Part shown: in pieces, positions 1 through 10,956 of the stretch
Position numbering within the stretch: the stretch's first letter is position 1
Layout of the letters: every line of letters starts with the position of its first letter
DNA from: Octopus sinensis
Lineage: Eukaryota
Assembly (NCBI RefSeq): GCF_006345805.1
Contig: NC_043016.1
Location: 29,450,001 to 29,514,000 of the forward strand
DNA: 64,000 nt
Direction of reading: 5' to 3'
Made by a program: the position numbers and the translations under genes
The notes under the pieces: model-generated
The model's input: the letters and a program-made list of their open reading frames with translations, nothing else
Database searches by the model: none
Told to the model about the DNA's origin: nothing

Positions 1-1323
1 CCCCATTGGAACACAGATAAGTGAACAAACCAGGGGATTTCTTTGCCGCCTCATCTTTATGTAACCAACAAGGCAGTTATGATTATATCGACATTAGTGA
101 AGAAGATATACTACAAGCTGTAGATGAGGTGGACGCAAACTCAACTGATGGTCCTGATGGTTTCCCAGTAATCTTCCTCAAATCGTGTGAGTGTGCCCTG
201 GTGAAACCTCTGCAGATTCTCTTCCAGAGCTTTCTTGCAAATGGCATGCTGCCAAGCAAACTGAAGGAAGGAATAATATGCCCAATCCATAAAGGAGGAA
301 TCAAAGTCATAGAACGGATAGTCAGAGGGAAACTAATTGCATTTCTTGAAGAAAATAACTTGCTGAGTGATACCCAGCATAGCTTTCAACCAGGTAGGAG
401 CTGCCCGACCCAGCTCTTACAGCACTATGACTGGGTGTTAAGGCAGTTACTCAACAACTTAAATGTGGATGTAATATACCTTGACTTTGCAAAAGCTTTT
501 GATAAAGTGGATCACGGTATGATATGTCACAAATTTCCAAGCCCTGCGCTACCAGCATCCAAAATTGAATATGAAAATTACAGAGTACATTGGTCCACAG
601 GGGATTACAATTCCAGAGCCTAAATCAGCGAGGAACCTGGTTATCAACATGAGTGATGACACCTCTTTCCAAGTGCACATTACCAGGATGGCCACAAAGT
701 GCAGACAACTGGTTGGATGGATCCTAAGAACGTTCAGGATCAGAGAGAAGGAAACCATGATGGTCCTCTGGAGAATATTCATCCTCAATCACCAGGACTA
801 CTGCTCCAAGCTATGATCACCCAACAGTATAAAATTAACAGTGGACCTTGAAACAATCCAGCAAAGCTTCACAAAGAAGATTGTCTTGTTGCAACTGCTC
901 AGCTACTGGAAAAGGCTGAAACAGCTAAGACACTACTTCCTGGAGCGAAGGTGGGAGAAGTATGCAGTAATATACATCTGGAAGACCCTGGAAGGAAGTG
1001 TGCCAAATTTTGGCATTGAAAGCTTCACCAATGCCAAAACGGGTCGACATTGCACAGTGCCAAAGATCCCAGCAATGCCATTATGCTTCAGGACCAGTTA
1101 CTGCTACAGTCTGGGTTTCAGGAACCCATAGCTTTTTAATATTCTCCCAAAGAGCCTGAGGGACCTACACAAAGTGGATGGAGAAGTTTTCAAATTAAAA
1201 CTGAATCTCTTCCTGTTGAGAGTACCAGCTGAACCCACCTCACGGCAAGAGGTGCAAATGGGGGTAATGACGTCAAACTCCCTTATTCACCAAACGCCAC
1301 ATATTAGAGGAGGCTCTCAATAA
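1..1323 (+). mobile_element. Decayed CR1/L2-group LINE, ORF2 reverse-transcriptase remnant with internal deletions and frameshifts
   Basis: ORFs 21-623, 565-816 and 841-1131 carry non-LTR RT motifs GPDG, QHSFQPGRSC and DVIYLDFAKAFDKVDH, plus C-terminal LETIQQSFTK...LSYWKRLKQL...LERR and FKLKLNLFLLRVPAEP. No YADD segment is visible. Confidence 0.85.
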
Positions 1324-1522
1324 CAACAGTGTAACAAAATGGCAGTGCTCCAGCACAAAAAATATTGTTGAAACTAGTTTGGTGTATATATAAATAAATT
1401 TATTCTAAACAATTACAAGTTTTTCAAATTTAGGTGCATTTTCAGAAACAAATATCCCTATATTTTTTCCTGCATGGAAATACACCCCTTCTTTTGTTAT
1501 ATATATATATATATATATATAT

Positions 1523-1720
1523 ACGTGAAGACCACTCGCGTTTTTTTCCCTCTGTCCTCCCACCTCGGGATCTTTCTTTCTCTTATGTTTCCGATGAAGA
1601 GCTCCGCTCGAAACGTCATACCCTCCTTCTTCCCCTTTTTTCCTGAGCGCCTAATAATACTTTAATTGTTCCACTTTTTGCGTTGTTGTCTTTTTTGTTT
1701 TTCTTGTTTGGATTAACTTT
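1523..1720 (+). mobile_element. Penelope-like terminal repeat (pLTR) fragment with a minimal hammerhead motif (family 1)
   Basis: Homologous to 46400-46587 and flanked on both sides by (TA)n. Contains GTTT-cCGATGA-A-GAGC-tcc-GCTC-GAAA-CGTC-ATAC at 1587-1621. Confidence 0.7.
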
Positions 1721-1737
1721 ATATATATATATATATA

Positions 1738-1864
1738 TATAACCAAGAAAAAAGCAACAAGAATGGATTAGAAATTTCGTACAATTGTTTCATAAAATTG
1801 TTCTTGGTATGAAACAATTGTACTAAACTACTAATCCATTCTTGTTGCTTTTTTCTTGGTTATA
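1738..1864. repeat. Fold-back inverted repeat, 57-bp arms with a 13-nt loop
   Basis: 1738-1794 is the reverse complement of 1808-1864 with 3 mismatches. Confidence 0.95.
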
Positions 1865-2165
1865 ATCACCCCACATTATTTTATGGTTAATACCATAAAC
1901 AATTCTGGTGCATCTAAGTTAAGTACCATATTCATTTGAATTCATTGGAATTCACTTGAATCTTAATTGTTTTTGCTGAAAGATTATATATACACACACA
2001 CACATATAAGGTTAGTAGAGTTAGAGATTGACATAACTGACTAAGGGATAAAAATATCTGTTATACTACTGGTATAATTATCTGGACATACATATGCAAG
2101 CATACTATGCTCATAGGCTACAGGCATTGACAAATCTAAACATGAGTTTATCAGGAATCAAATTT

Positions 2166-2288
2166 AAAGTAAACAGATAATGGAGAAATATTGATCAACA
2201 AAGACTGTATCCAGTCTACTTGTATCAAAAAGTAATAATTGATCTTAATCACTTGTTGATCAATATTTCTCCATTTTCTGCTAACTTT
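2166..2288. repeat. Inverted repeat, 36-bp arms
   Basis: aaagtaaacagataatggagaaatattgatcaacaa (2166-2201) versus 2253-2288, 3 mismatches. Confidence 0.9.
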
Positions 2289-2289
2289 G

Positions 2290-2321
<32 letters not shown>

Positions 2322-2557
2322 AGTATGTATGTATGTATGTATGTATATATATACATATATATGTATTGTGTGTATATATATATATATATATAAACACACA
2401 CACACACACATATGCATATACATATATACCCAGATGTGACAGAAGTAAATAGATACCCTATAAAACATCGTTTTATGTTTATTCTAACTTGTAAAGGTTC
2501 ATATCTTTTATTAATTGACATTTTTATGTTTCAGGTTCTATATGTGACTGTTTAATC

Positions 2558-3020
2558 ATGCCATGTACAAAAGAAGCCTTGAAACTGTCTCAATTTCAAA
2601 GAGGCTGTATATTGGGTCATTCTGAAGGTGGGCATAGTGTAAAATCGTAGAAAACCTTGGGATCCCGCTTTCTACAGTTAATAGTGTGATTTTGCAATTC
2701 ACAAGAGAGGGGAAAGAGTCCATATCACCTAGCTGAGGTTGACCAGGGCTCTCTTTGTTAAGATAAGTGTGGAGGATAATCCTCGTTGCAAGGCCTCTGA
2801 CATAGCAGAATGCATTGTCAGTCCAAGAACAGCTGTCAGGTATCTTCACAAACTTGGTTACAATGGCAGAGCAGCAAGAAGGAAGCCACTTCTTTGACCA
2901 GCCTAGTACCAGTGAGATGGTGGAGAAGCCACAAGCATTTTGGGACACTGTCCTATTCTCCGATCAGTCCAGATTTGCTGTATTCTCTAACAGTGGTTGA
3001 GTGTGGGTCTGGAAACTCTT
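2558..3020 (+). mobile_element. Tc1-type transposase remnant
   Basis: Broken frames give LSQFQRGCILG...NLGIPLSTVNSVI (N-terminal HTH) and FWDTVLFSDQSRF (first catalytic D motif, WxxVLFSDESRF). Confidence 0.8.
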
Positions 3021-3044
3021 GGATCAAGTGTATATATATGTATA

Positions 3045-3092
<48 letters not shown>

Positions 3093-3152
3093 CATATATA
3101 TGCTTACATATATATATATATATATGTATGTATGTGTGTGTGTAAGCCTATA

Positions 3153-3565
3153 TATCAGTCTGAGTGAAAAGTAAGCAACGTTTTGAAGCATGAAATTCAT
3201 CACAATATATTTCAGTAATGCAGAAATTTTATTCATCAAAGTAAGTACCATTACAATTGACACATTTTTCCCAATGAGTTACAAGTTTGTTTATTCCGGT
3301 AACAAAATCTGGACTTCTGGAACCGACGAACTCTTTAAACGCACTTTGATTTTTAAACTCCTCTCGCAAGAAACCATCAAGGTGCTTGAGAAAGTGATAG
3401 TCAGTAGGAGAAAAGTTTAGAGAATAAGCTGGGCGGGGAAGAACTTCATAGATCCCACAGCTTCTGGAACTTCATTACTGAAACGTGTGGTTGAGCATCA
3501 TCATGAAGAATGATTGGCCCTCTTCTGTTGACCAGTCTGAGACAGAGGAATATCAGTTTTTCATT
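3153..3565 (-). mobile_element. mariner transposase 3' remnant
   Basis: Minus strand gives ILHDDAQPH, PAYSLNFSPTDYHFLKHLDGFL (YSPDLAPxD-like) and HWEKCVNCNGTYFDE*. Confidence 0.8.
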
Positions 3566-3748
3566 CATTCATATATATATATATATATGTGTGTATGTGT
3601 GTGTATACATACACACACCACACATATATATATACACACATATATAAATACATATACATAAATATATATATATATATACACATATATATGTATATATACA
3701 TATATATATACATAAATAAATATATATATACATATATATATATATGTA

Positions 3749-3796
<48 letters not shown>

Positions 3797-3810
3797 TATG
3801 TATAAATATA
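3566..3810. repeat. Compound (TA)n/(TG)n/(CA)n microsatellite
   Basis: Seen directly; similar tracts recur throughout the window and generate the IYIY-type ORFs. Confidence 0.95.
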
Positions 3811-3811
3811 C

Positions 3812-4540
3812 TTCAACTTCTCTTCCTCCTACCATAAACACACCAAGCTTTCCATCCCCTATTCCCAATTCCTCCGTCTATGCACGTTCTCTAGTGACGA
3901 CCATGACTTTGAGACTCAGTCTCAACTCATGGCTTGCCACTTCATCCTACATGGATCCCCTCACCACTATCCACACCATCCTTGCCAGAGCATGTACCAT
4001 GGATCGTACATCGGCTCTCTCCCGCTGAACCTGCCCTACCTCCATTTCCCCTCACCTACAACCTCACCACCTTACCTCTCCAACGCACCATTCTCCGAGC
4101 CTTCTGACGACTCCAGTTCAACCCCTGCACTTCGCACATCCTCCCTAACTGACCCCTCCTCTCCTTCAAATGAACCCACAACCTACGAGACCTCTTGGTC
4201 CACAGCTTCTTCTCTAACCCAACTTCCCAACCTGGCTCATTCCCCTGCTCCCGCCCACACTGCCACTCTTGCCCTTACCTCTCCAACACCACCCTCCTCA
4301 CTGGCACCCATCATCGACTCCTTCACCTGCACTTCTACCAATATCATCTACTGCATCTCTTGCTCTCTCTGCCCTTCTCTATACATTGGGCCAACAGGAC
4401 ACTGCTTGGCTGACCGGTTCGCGGAACACCTCCGAGACATCTGACTCAACAACGACACCCCAGTCTTGTGCCATTTCCGCTCAACTGGTCACTCTTTGCA
4501 ACAACTGTCCGTGTTTGGATTGTCCTTGTACAGGGGCCAT
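3812..4540 (+). mobile_element. Penelope-like element (Neptune-type) ORF 3' remnant: RT thumb/linker plus GIY-YIG endonuclease
   Basis: PYSQFLRL...DDHDFETQSQLM, Cys-rich linker FPCSRPHCHSCPY, FTCTSTNIIYCISCSLCPSLYIGPTGHCLADRFAEHLRDI, PVLCHFRSTGH. Confidence 0.85.
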
Positions 4541-4561
4541 CCCGTTTGCGCCATGTCTTTG

Positions 4562-4615
4562 TCTCTTGTTTACTCTTGTGGGTTCGACCTCGAACCCACA
4601 ACAGTAAACAAGAGA
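4562..4615. repeat. Near-perfect 26-bp hairpin
   Basis: tctcttgtttact-c-ttgtgggttcga / cc / tcgaacccacaa-c-agtaaacaagaga; extends imperfectly to about 4545-4635. Confidence 0.9.
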
Positions 4616-4929
4616 GACAGAGAAAGACACAAACAAGGAAAATACCCCTTGTATTTGAATACTATGCAAATATTCCTTTAAAAAATCTTTTCTTTTAATT
4701 TTTTCAAAATTTAATTGTTTTCCATATTTACAGTTGAAAAAGTCTCAATGACTGAAACCAGTACTGAAATGTTTTTTTATAAAATTATTTTAGCATTTTC
4801 TACCTTGACTTTTTTTTTCCATATTTATCAAATTGCATGTTCCTTTTCAACTTTCTACATATATACATAGATATATATATATACACATAGATATAGTCTC
4901 AAAGTCATGGTCGTCACTAGAGAGCCTGC

Positions 4930-5769
4930 ATAGACGGAGATGTGGTGTGCAAGAGAGTCGACTGTGCTGGTATGGTCATGTGGCGAGACTGGATGAAGAT
5001 AGCTTCTGTGAAAAAGTGCTATACTCTAGCGGTTGAGGGAACCTGTGGAAGTGGTAGAGCCAGGAAGACCTGGGATGAGGTGGTGAAGCACGACCTTCGA
5101 ACATTAGGTCTCACCAAGACAATGACTAGTGACCGAGACCTTTGGAAATATGCAGTGTTTGAGAAGACCTGGCAAGCCAAGTGAGACCATAACCCGTGGC
5201 CTATGCCAGGGCTGTAACCAGCCCAATTATGCGTACTTTTCCTTCATTGGACACTAAACTCTGCTTGCAAAGACCTGTTGAGGCAAATGAAATCAAAATC
5301 AAATCAAATTCGCAAATTCGATGACTGGCACCCATGCCAGTGGAGCACTAAGAGCACCATCTGAGTGTGATTGCTGCCAGAGAAGCTGACTGGCTTCCAT
5401 ACCGGTGGCACGTAAAAAGCACCATTCAAACGTGATCATTACCAGCGTCTCCATACTGGCAGTTGTGCTGGTGGCACGTGAAAAACATTTGAGTAAGGTT
5501 GTTGCCAGTGTTGCTGGACTGGCTCCTGTGCTGGTGGCACATAAAATACACCATTTGAGCATGGCCATTGCCAGTACCATCTGGCTGGCCCTCGTGCCGC
5601 TGGCACGTAAAAGCATCTACTACACCCTCAGAGTGGTTGGCGTTACGAAGGGCATCCAGCTGTAGGAACTCTACCAGATTAGATTGGAGCCTGGTGTAGC
5701 CATCTGGTTCACCAGTCCTCAGTCAAATCGTCCAACTAGCATGGAAAGCGGACGTTAAACGATGATGAT
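4930..5769 (+). mobile_element. 5'-truncated RTE-clade LINE (ORF C-terminus plus 3'UTR with hairpin repeats and ATG-repeat tail)
   Basis: RLCWYGHVARLDEDS and VEGTCGSGRARKTWDEVVKHDL; closely similar to 40163-40968; ends ggacgttaaacgatgatga. Confidence 0.9.
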
Positions 5770-6345
5770 ATATATACATAAATATATAAATCTATATATA
5801 TATATACACACACACACACACATATATATATAAATATATATACATACTTACATATGTACACATATATATATATACACATATTTACATGCTAAACATATAT
5901 TTATAGATATTTATACATACAAATTTAAATTTTCTTATAAAGAATGTTTTTAAGTATACTTCACAATATATGGACTGTACTGAGAAGTGCTCACTGTGAG
6001 CTAAATTGAAAGATAAGGGAAATTATAGAAGGAACACGTGTGTTTAAAATTATGCTTTGGAATTTGTATTGATTGCCTGGATGTGGTCCTTCTATAATTT
6101 TCCTTATCCTTATATATACATACATATATATACACATATACATACATATATACTTAGATATATCTATAGATATAGTTGCATATATATATATTATATACAT
6201 ATATATATATACACACACACATATATATATACATACACATATATACATTTACATGTACACATATGCATGTATGCGTAATATCTGTACATATCTATATATA
6301 TATACATATATATAAACATATATATGTGCAGCTGTATATACATGC

Positions 6346-6414
<69 letters not shown>

Positions 6415-6529
6415 TGTTTGTCTGTGTATGCATGTATACATGTGAGATAATAGTTTCAGTATTAATAGTGAAAGTATCTCACTTTACATTAGAGATGTTA
6501 TTGTTTCACTTTTGAAACGTAATACTGAA

Positions 6530-6697
6530 ATAGTGTATGAAATGTGCTGGGCTCACATTAGGAAAGAAGTTGAAAACTTTTTGGCCCATGACACTGCATA
6601 GACCCTAAGTAAGGCATGTGTAAATTTTGAATGAAACTCGTTGGATAGTTCTCAAAATTTAGTGACGCGCACATTCTCAGTTTTATATATATAGATT
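6530..6697 (+). mobile_element. Possible Helentron/DINE-like non-autonomous element 3' end
   Basis: aaattttgaatgaaactcgttggatagttct followed by ttttatatatatagat resembles HINE/DINE termini. Confidence 0.35.
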
Positions 6698-7269
6698 ACA
6701 AAGCAAATATTCTTGAATAACACCAAATGTTTTGCGTGTTTGTCTTCCATTTTGATATAAATATATATGTATGTGTGTGAGTGTATGTGTATACATGTGT
6801 TGTATCTGATTGTGTCTATCAAAAAAATATGAGAATACTCATAAGAAGAGGGTAAACTCTTCTGTCATAACTACTGAAACTTCTGTGGTTTATCTACTCT
6901 TTATTAAAGTCAATCTTGTCTCCTTCAACATGACAAAGATGCAATTAGAACACATATCAAGGAAACAATGTTGTAATCTTACTTTTGGCATGAACAATAC
7001 ACAACAAAAACCCTCAAAATCCCTACAAATGCTAGGCCTCAGTCACTAGCATAGCAGTAGGGGCAGCTCTTTTCATCCTGTTGTAAGCTATTGCTGTAGG
7101 CAATATATGTTTTTTTGGGGGGTCTGGGGGCAGCAAATGGAAGGGTCACCTCATGAAGCACATACTCTAGCTACAATAGTAGCCTCAATATTAGTGATGT
7201 TTTCTTCAGGTTATTGCATATCCTCAACATAGCTTATCTCTTTAGCTTCCATGAAATACTGACTTTCAT

Positions 7270-7432
7270 ATAAAAAGCACTGGTGCTGGTGCCATGTGTG
7301 AAGCACCCAGTACACACTGTAAAGTGGTCAGTGCTAGGAAGGGCATCCAGCTGTAGAAACCAAGCCTAGCCGACTTTGGCACCTGATGCGGTCCACGTCA
7401 ATCCATCTATGGAAAACATAAAATGATGATGG
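7270..7432 (+). mobile_element. RTE-tail SINE fragment
   Basis: aaaagcac...taggaagggcatccagctgtagaaac...atgatgatg, shared with the RTE 3'UTRs in this window. Confidence 0.75.
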
Positions 7433-7759
7433 TGATACAAAGCTAAAGTGAGATACACATCTGGCATAGTGCTGCTGCTGCAGATGAGATGCAGACATTT
7501 TAGACTGCATCCCCTTCCAAAACCTCCTCATCTGGCCAGTATGAAGTTGGTCATTAATACATTTAACGCACAGGTACACTGTGTACTCCCTCAGCATTTT
7601 CTACCCAGGCTAAGAATGTCCTCTGCTCTGTATATCTCCTGGTACCTACACTTAGCTTCATCAGACTCACTCTTCACTCTTCTCATGACCCATGTTGGTC
7701 CTTTCTCACCAGGATTCTCCAACTTCTTGCTACCACTTGTTATATGACCAGGTAGTTAC

Positions 7760-8660
7760 AGAAATCATAGCAGGCATTCACTCCAAAGAGAAAAAAAATA
7801 TTGTTTTCTTGAAGCTGGTATTCACTGACACACCAATAATTCTACCTACCCCAGACAGCCAATGATGTTCTGCTCAGACATAATCACCTTCTCAGATCCT
7901 AGTAAAGAAATAATCATGTAAGAATCAACTGTGCTGTGGGAAGAACACAAGAAAGAGGCTCATTATTGTTATGGCTGGCTTCCAACACAAACTGTAGCAA
8001 CAAAGTCTACCCACCACACTTCTTGGTCCATCATCACTGCCTTGAGGACCTGGATACATTCCAGGCTAGTGTCTACGATCAAGTTAGCAATGTAAGTGTA
8101 ACCTCTATGTTAAAAAATCCCAACCCTGAATTGTGGGAGGTTGGTATGCGCTAGATGCAAGCTCCAACAAACCGTTTCATTGGATCTATGCAATTTCTGC
8201 CTCACTGAAGGAGATGCTGTCTCTACTAATGAGGATGTGCAATCTACAGAAGGAATATGCAACCTGTGTCAGTATTCAGATATTGAAAGCACCCCCACCC
8301 ACCAAAAATGAGGCATATAAGAGAACGCTTGCTCTAGGAGATGGCAGAGGAGAGCAGAAGCCAAAGCCAAGGTGATCACTGCACAAAAGCCTGGAGTTAG
8401 GCTGCCAGGATTTGTAGTGATCACTCTGCAAAGCTCCCACTTGGAATCAATAGTGCAGCAAAGAGTAGGTGGGGGTCTTATGTTCCATCACTGAAGCTAC
8501 AGAGAAAGCCTCTAAATGGCTTTGGATAAAGAGGGTAGACCTGTAGTCTTGTTTTTGCTGGGACTTGAAAACCTTGACAGGTTTGCACAATGAGAGCGTC
8601 TGATAACGAAACCAAAACCCTCTAAGACCTCCAGGAATATCACATCACTGAGGATGTAGC
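7760..8660 (+). mobile_element. Rearranged Hero/R2-group LINE remnant (restriction-like endonuclease)
   Basis: Degenerate PDII...EIIM.ESTVLWEE (about 7850-7945) and EVG..GFV...LGI...EATEKASKWLWIKR (8395-8540), resembling the Hero C-terminus. Confidence 0.6.
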
Positions 8661-8790
8661 TCGGAACATCTTATAGATGCATCTTGGAATTATATATATT
8701 TCACCTACATGTATATTTAGACATATGCACAAATATATTTATCTTCTTTGTTTCCTTTGTTTTAGCCAAACAATGACATTATATATATAT

Positions 8791-9177
8791 TACTCTTTTA
8801 CTTGTTTCAGTCATTTGACTGCGGCCATGCTGGAGCACCGCCTTTAATCGAGCAACTCGACCCCGGGACTTATTCTTTATAAGCCCAGTACTTATTCTAT
8901 CGGTCTCTTTTGCCGAACCGCTAAGTAACGGGGACAAACACACCAGCATCGGTTGTCAAGCAATGCTAGGGGGACAAACACAGACACACACGCATATATA
9001 TATATACATATATACGACGGGCTTCTTTCAGTTTCCGTCTACCAAATCCACTCACAAAGCTTTGGTCGGCCCGAGGCTATAGTAGAAGACACTTGCCCAA
9101 GGTGCCACGCAGTGGGACTGAACCCGGAACCATGTGGTTGGTAAGCAAGCTACTTACCACACAGCCACTCCTGCGCC
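8791..9177 (-). mobile_element. Full-length tRNA-derived SINE, family A (CORE-like central motif)
   Basis: Minus strand GGCGCAGGAGTGGCTGTGTGGT (A box)...GGGTTCAGTCCC (B box), tggcaccttgggcaagtgtctt, tail gactgaaacaagtaaaagagta; near-identical to 61969-62376. Confidence 0.9.
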
Positions 9178-9689
9178 TATATATATATATATACACACAC
9201 ATTCCTAGACATATACGTCCGTGTATATATATATGTACAGACGGTATGCAGTTATATACATACACATTTACGTGTGTGTCTGTCTGTCTCTCTCTCTCTA
9301 TATATATATAGAGAGAGAGAGGGAGAGAGAGATGGTGTATATAAGAAAGTTTATCAGCAGTACCTCTAACAAGTCAGCAATTATTAGTACTTTTTTAATG
9401 TTCGAACCAAAAGTAAAAACAACCTATATATACTATGTGACTCTAGACGATTGATTACAGAAGGTATTGAGAACTACTCTTGCATCAGACCAGAGGGTCA
9501 ACTTCCGATGTTATATTATTACTTTCAATTTAGAAGAAGATATATACAAAAAGTATGGTCATATACGAGTACCGATGGTTTATTAATTACTAAATGCCTG
9601 TCTCCCTCGTGTTTAATGCTAGCTTTACTCTTTCAATAAAGAGTATCACCTTATTAGTGAGTGTGAGTGTGTGTGTCTGTGTATGTGAG

Positions 9690-10400
9690 TGTCACGCTAA
9701 ATAATAATCCACCTCAGCAGCAGCCACTACCCGCTGCAGCTTCTACCTTCTACGTGAGCCGCTATTATTACTGCTGATTATTATTTCAAGCTGGTCTCTT
9801 CGTTTTTCCATGCCGGGGGCTTAGCAACCAGCTTACGGAAGTTACCGAAACTGTACGAAAACTTGTAAGTGCATCATGGGTAATATTTCGCCTATACCAG
9901 AATCAGTGATGATGCAAATGGCGTCTTTATTGTTTGACTGACTGGACTCGCAAATCCTTTCATTGTCATCTACTTGGGTTTGTGTTTAAGCTCATCGTGG
10001 CATTTTTCAGGGTTCTGCTAAAGGTAAGTTGCGACGATTTACCCTTCTTTGGAGGATATTTGAAGCTCTATAACGGGCGATAACTAAGATTGAATTTAGA
10101 TTTTCAAAATGGCGAAAGTCACGCGGTTACTGCCCCTGTACAGGGGCGACAATTTTTGCGTTAGTTTTTGCCGGTCTTACTTGCTGGGTGACATGGGTTT
10201 TCTTACTGAACTTTAATCCTTAATCCTTCAACTTCATTTTGCTATATTGGAAGATGTATTTGCTGCTCTACTTTGCTTGTAAAGCGGCTTCGATCAATGC
10301 CGGAGTTGCTATTCTGTCTCTTGTTTCTGTCCTCTTGACGAAACACTAAACGTGAATTAAAATGGCGGCTACCAATTATCTTACGATATTTTGATGTCTC
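9690..10400 (+). promoter_or_regulatory. Candidate CpG-retaining promoter and non-coding first exon of the zinc-finger gene (donor after 10023)
   Basis: Local CpG retention; RFX-like TTAGCAAC at 9821, ETS CGGAAGT at 9836, ZNF143-like GCATCATGGGTAAT at 9871, YY1-like AAATGGCG at 9916, 10106 and 10359; consensus donor AAG|GTAAGT at 10021-10029. Confidence 0.65.
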
Positions 10401-10920
10401 TCTCTCTCTCCTATTCATTTTGTACTGCGTGTGTGCCTTTTAATATGTACGTGCATGTGTGTGTGTGCGAGTGTGTTTTGATTGGGATGTACGTAAGCTG
10501 TACTTAATTGCTATATTCTTTATGCCCGTCTACTCCTCATAATAATGTCGTCTTCACCTAATTTCACTTTGCTATTAATATATCTAGCTATCTTATATAT
10601 ATTAGACTTCAGTTGACCGATATTGCTTGTTTCTTTTTTTTTTGTTTTTCGTTTCGTTGATCTTATACATATGGATGCGTAACCAGAGTTGAAAATAGTA
10701 AAATCATTTGTATAATATGCTTTTATGTTACTTTTGAACGACCAATTACAGTAATTAAAAGTCTGTCTATAGAAATATAAGAAAATTTCGCCATAACAGA
10801 ATTAAGTGCGCAGTCTTCTTTCATAATGTAGCTGGTGTTTCAGGCAAATGTCAGCGTATTTCTCCTTCTCCAGGTACTCGAAGTCATGTAGTAGGAGTGA
10901 TTTTGTAAAAATATTTCATT

Positions 10921-10956
10921 TTATAAATCCCATTAGTCATCTAATGGGATTTATAA
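10921..10956. repeat. Perfect 16-bp hairpin in predicted intron 1
   Basis: ttataaatcccattag-tcat-ctaatgggatttataa. Confidence 0.9.

Noticed and set aside
3565-4028. Many IYIY/HTHT/CVCV ORFs here and elsewhere
   Set aside because: Translations of dinucleotide microsatellites.
8595-8620. Hammerhead in the Hero-like 3' end (CTGATAACGAAAC)
   Set aside because: No stem II and the core is incomplete.
9904-9945. C/D box snoRNA (TGATGA...CTGA with CAG/CTG ends)
   Set aside because: Only about 35 nt between the boxes and it lies in the predicted first exon.
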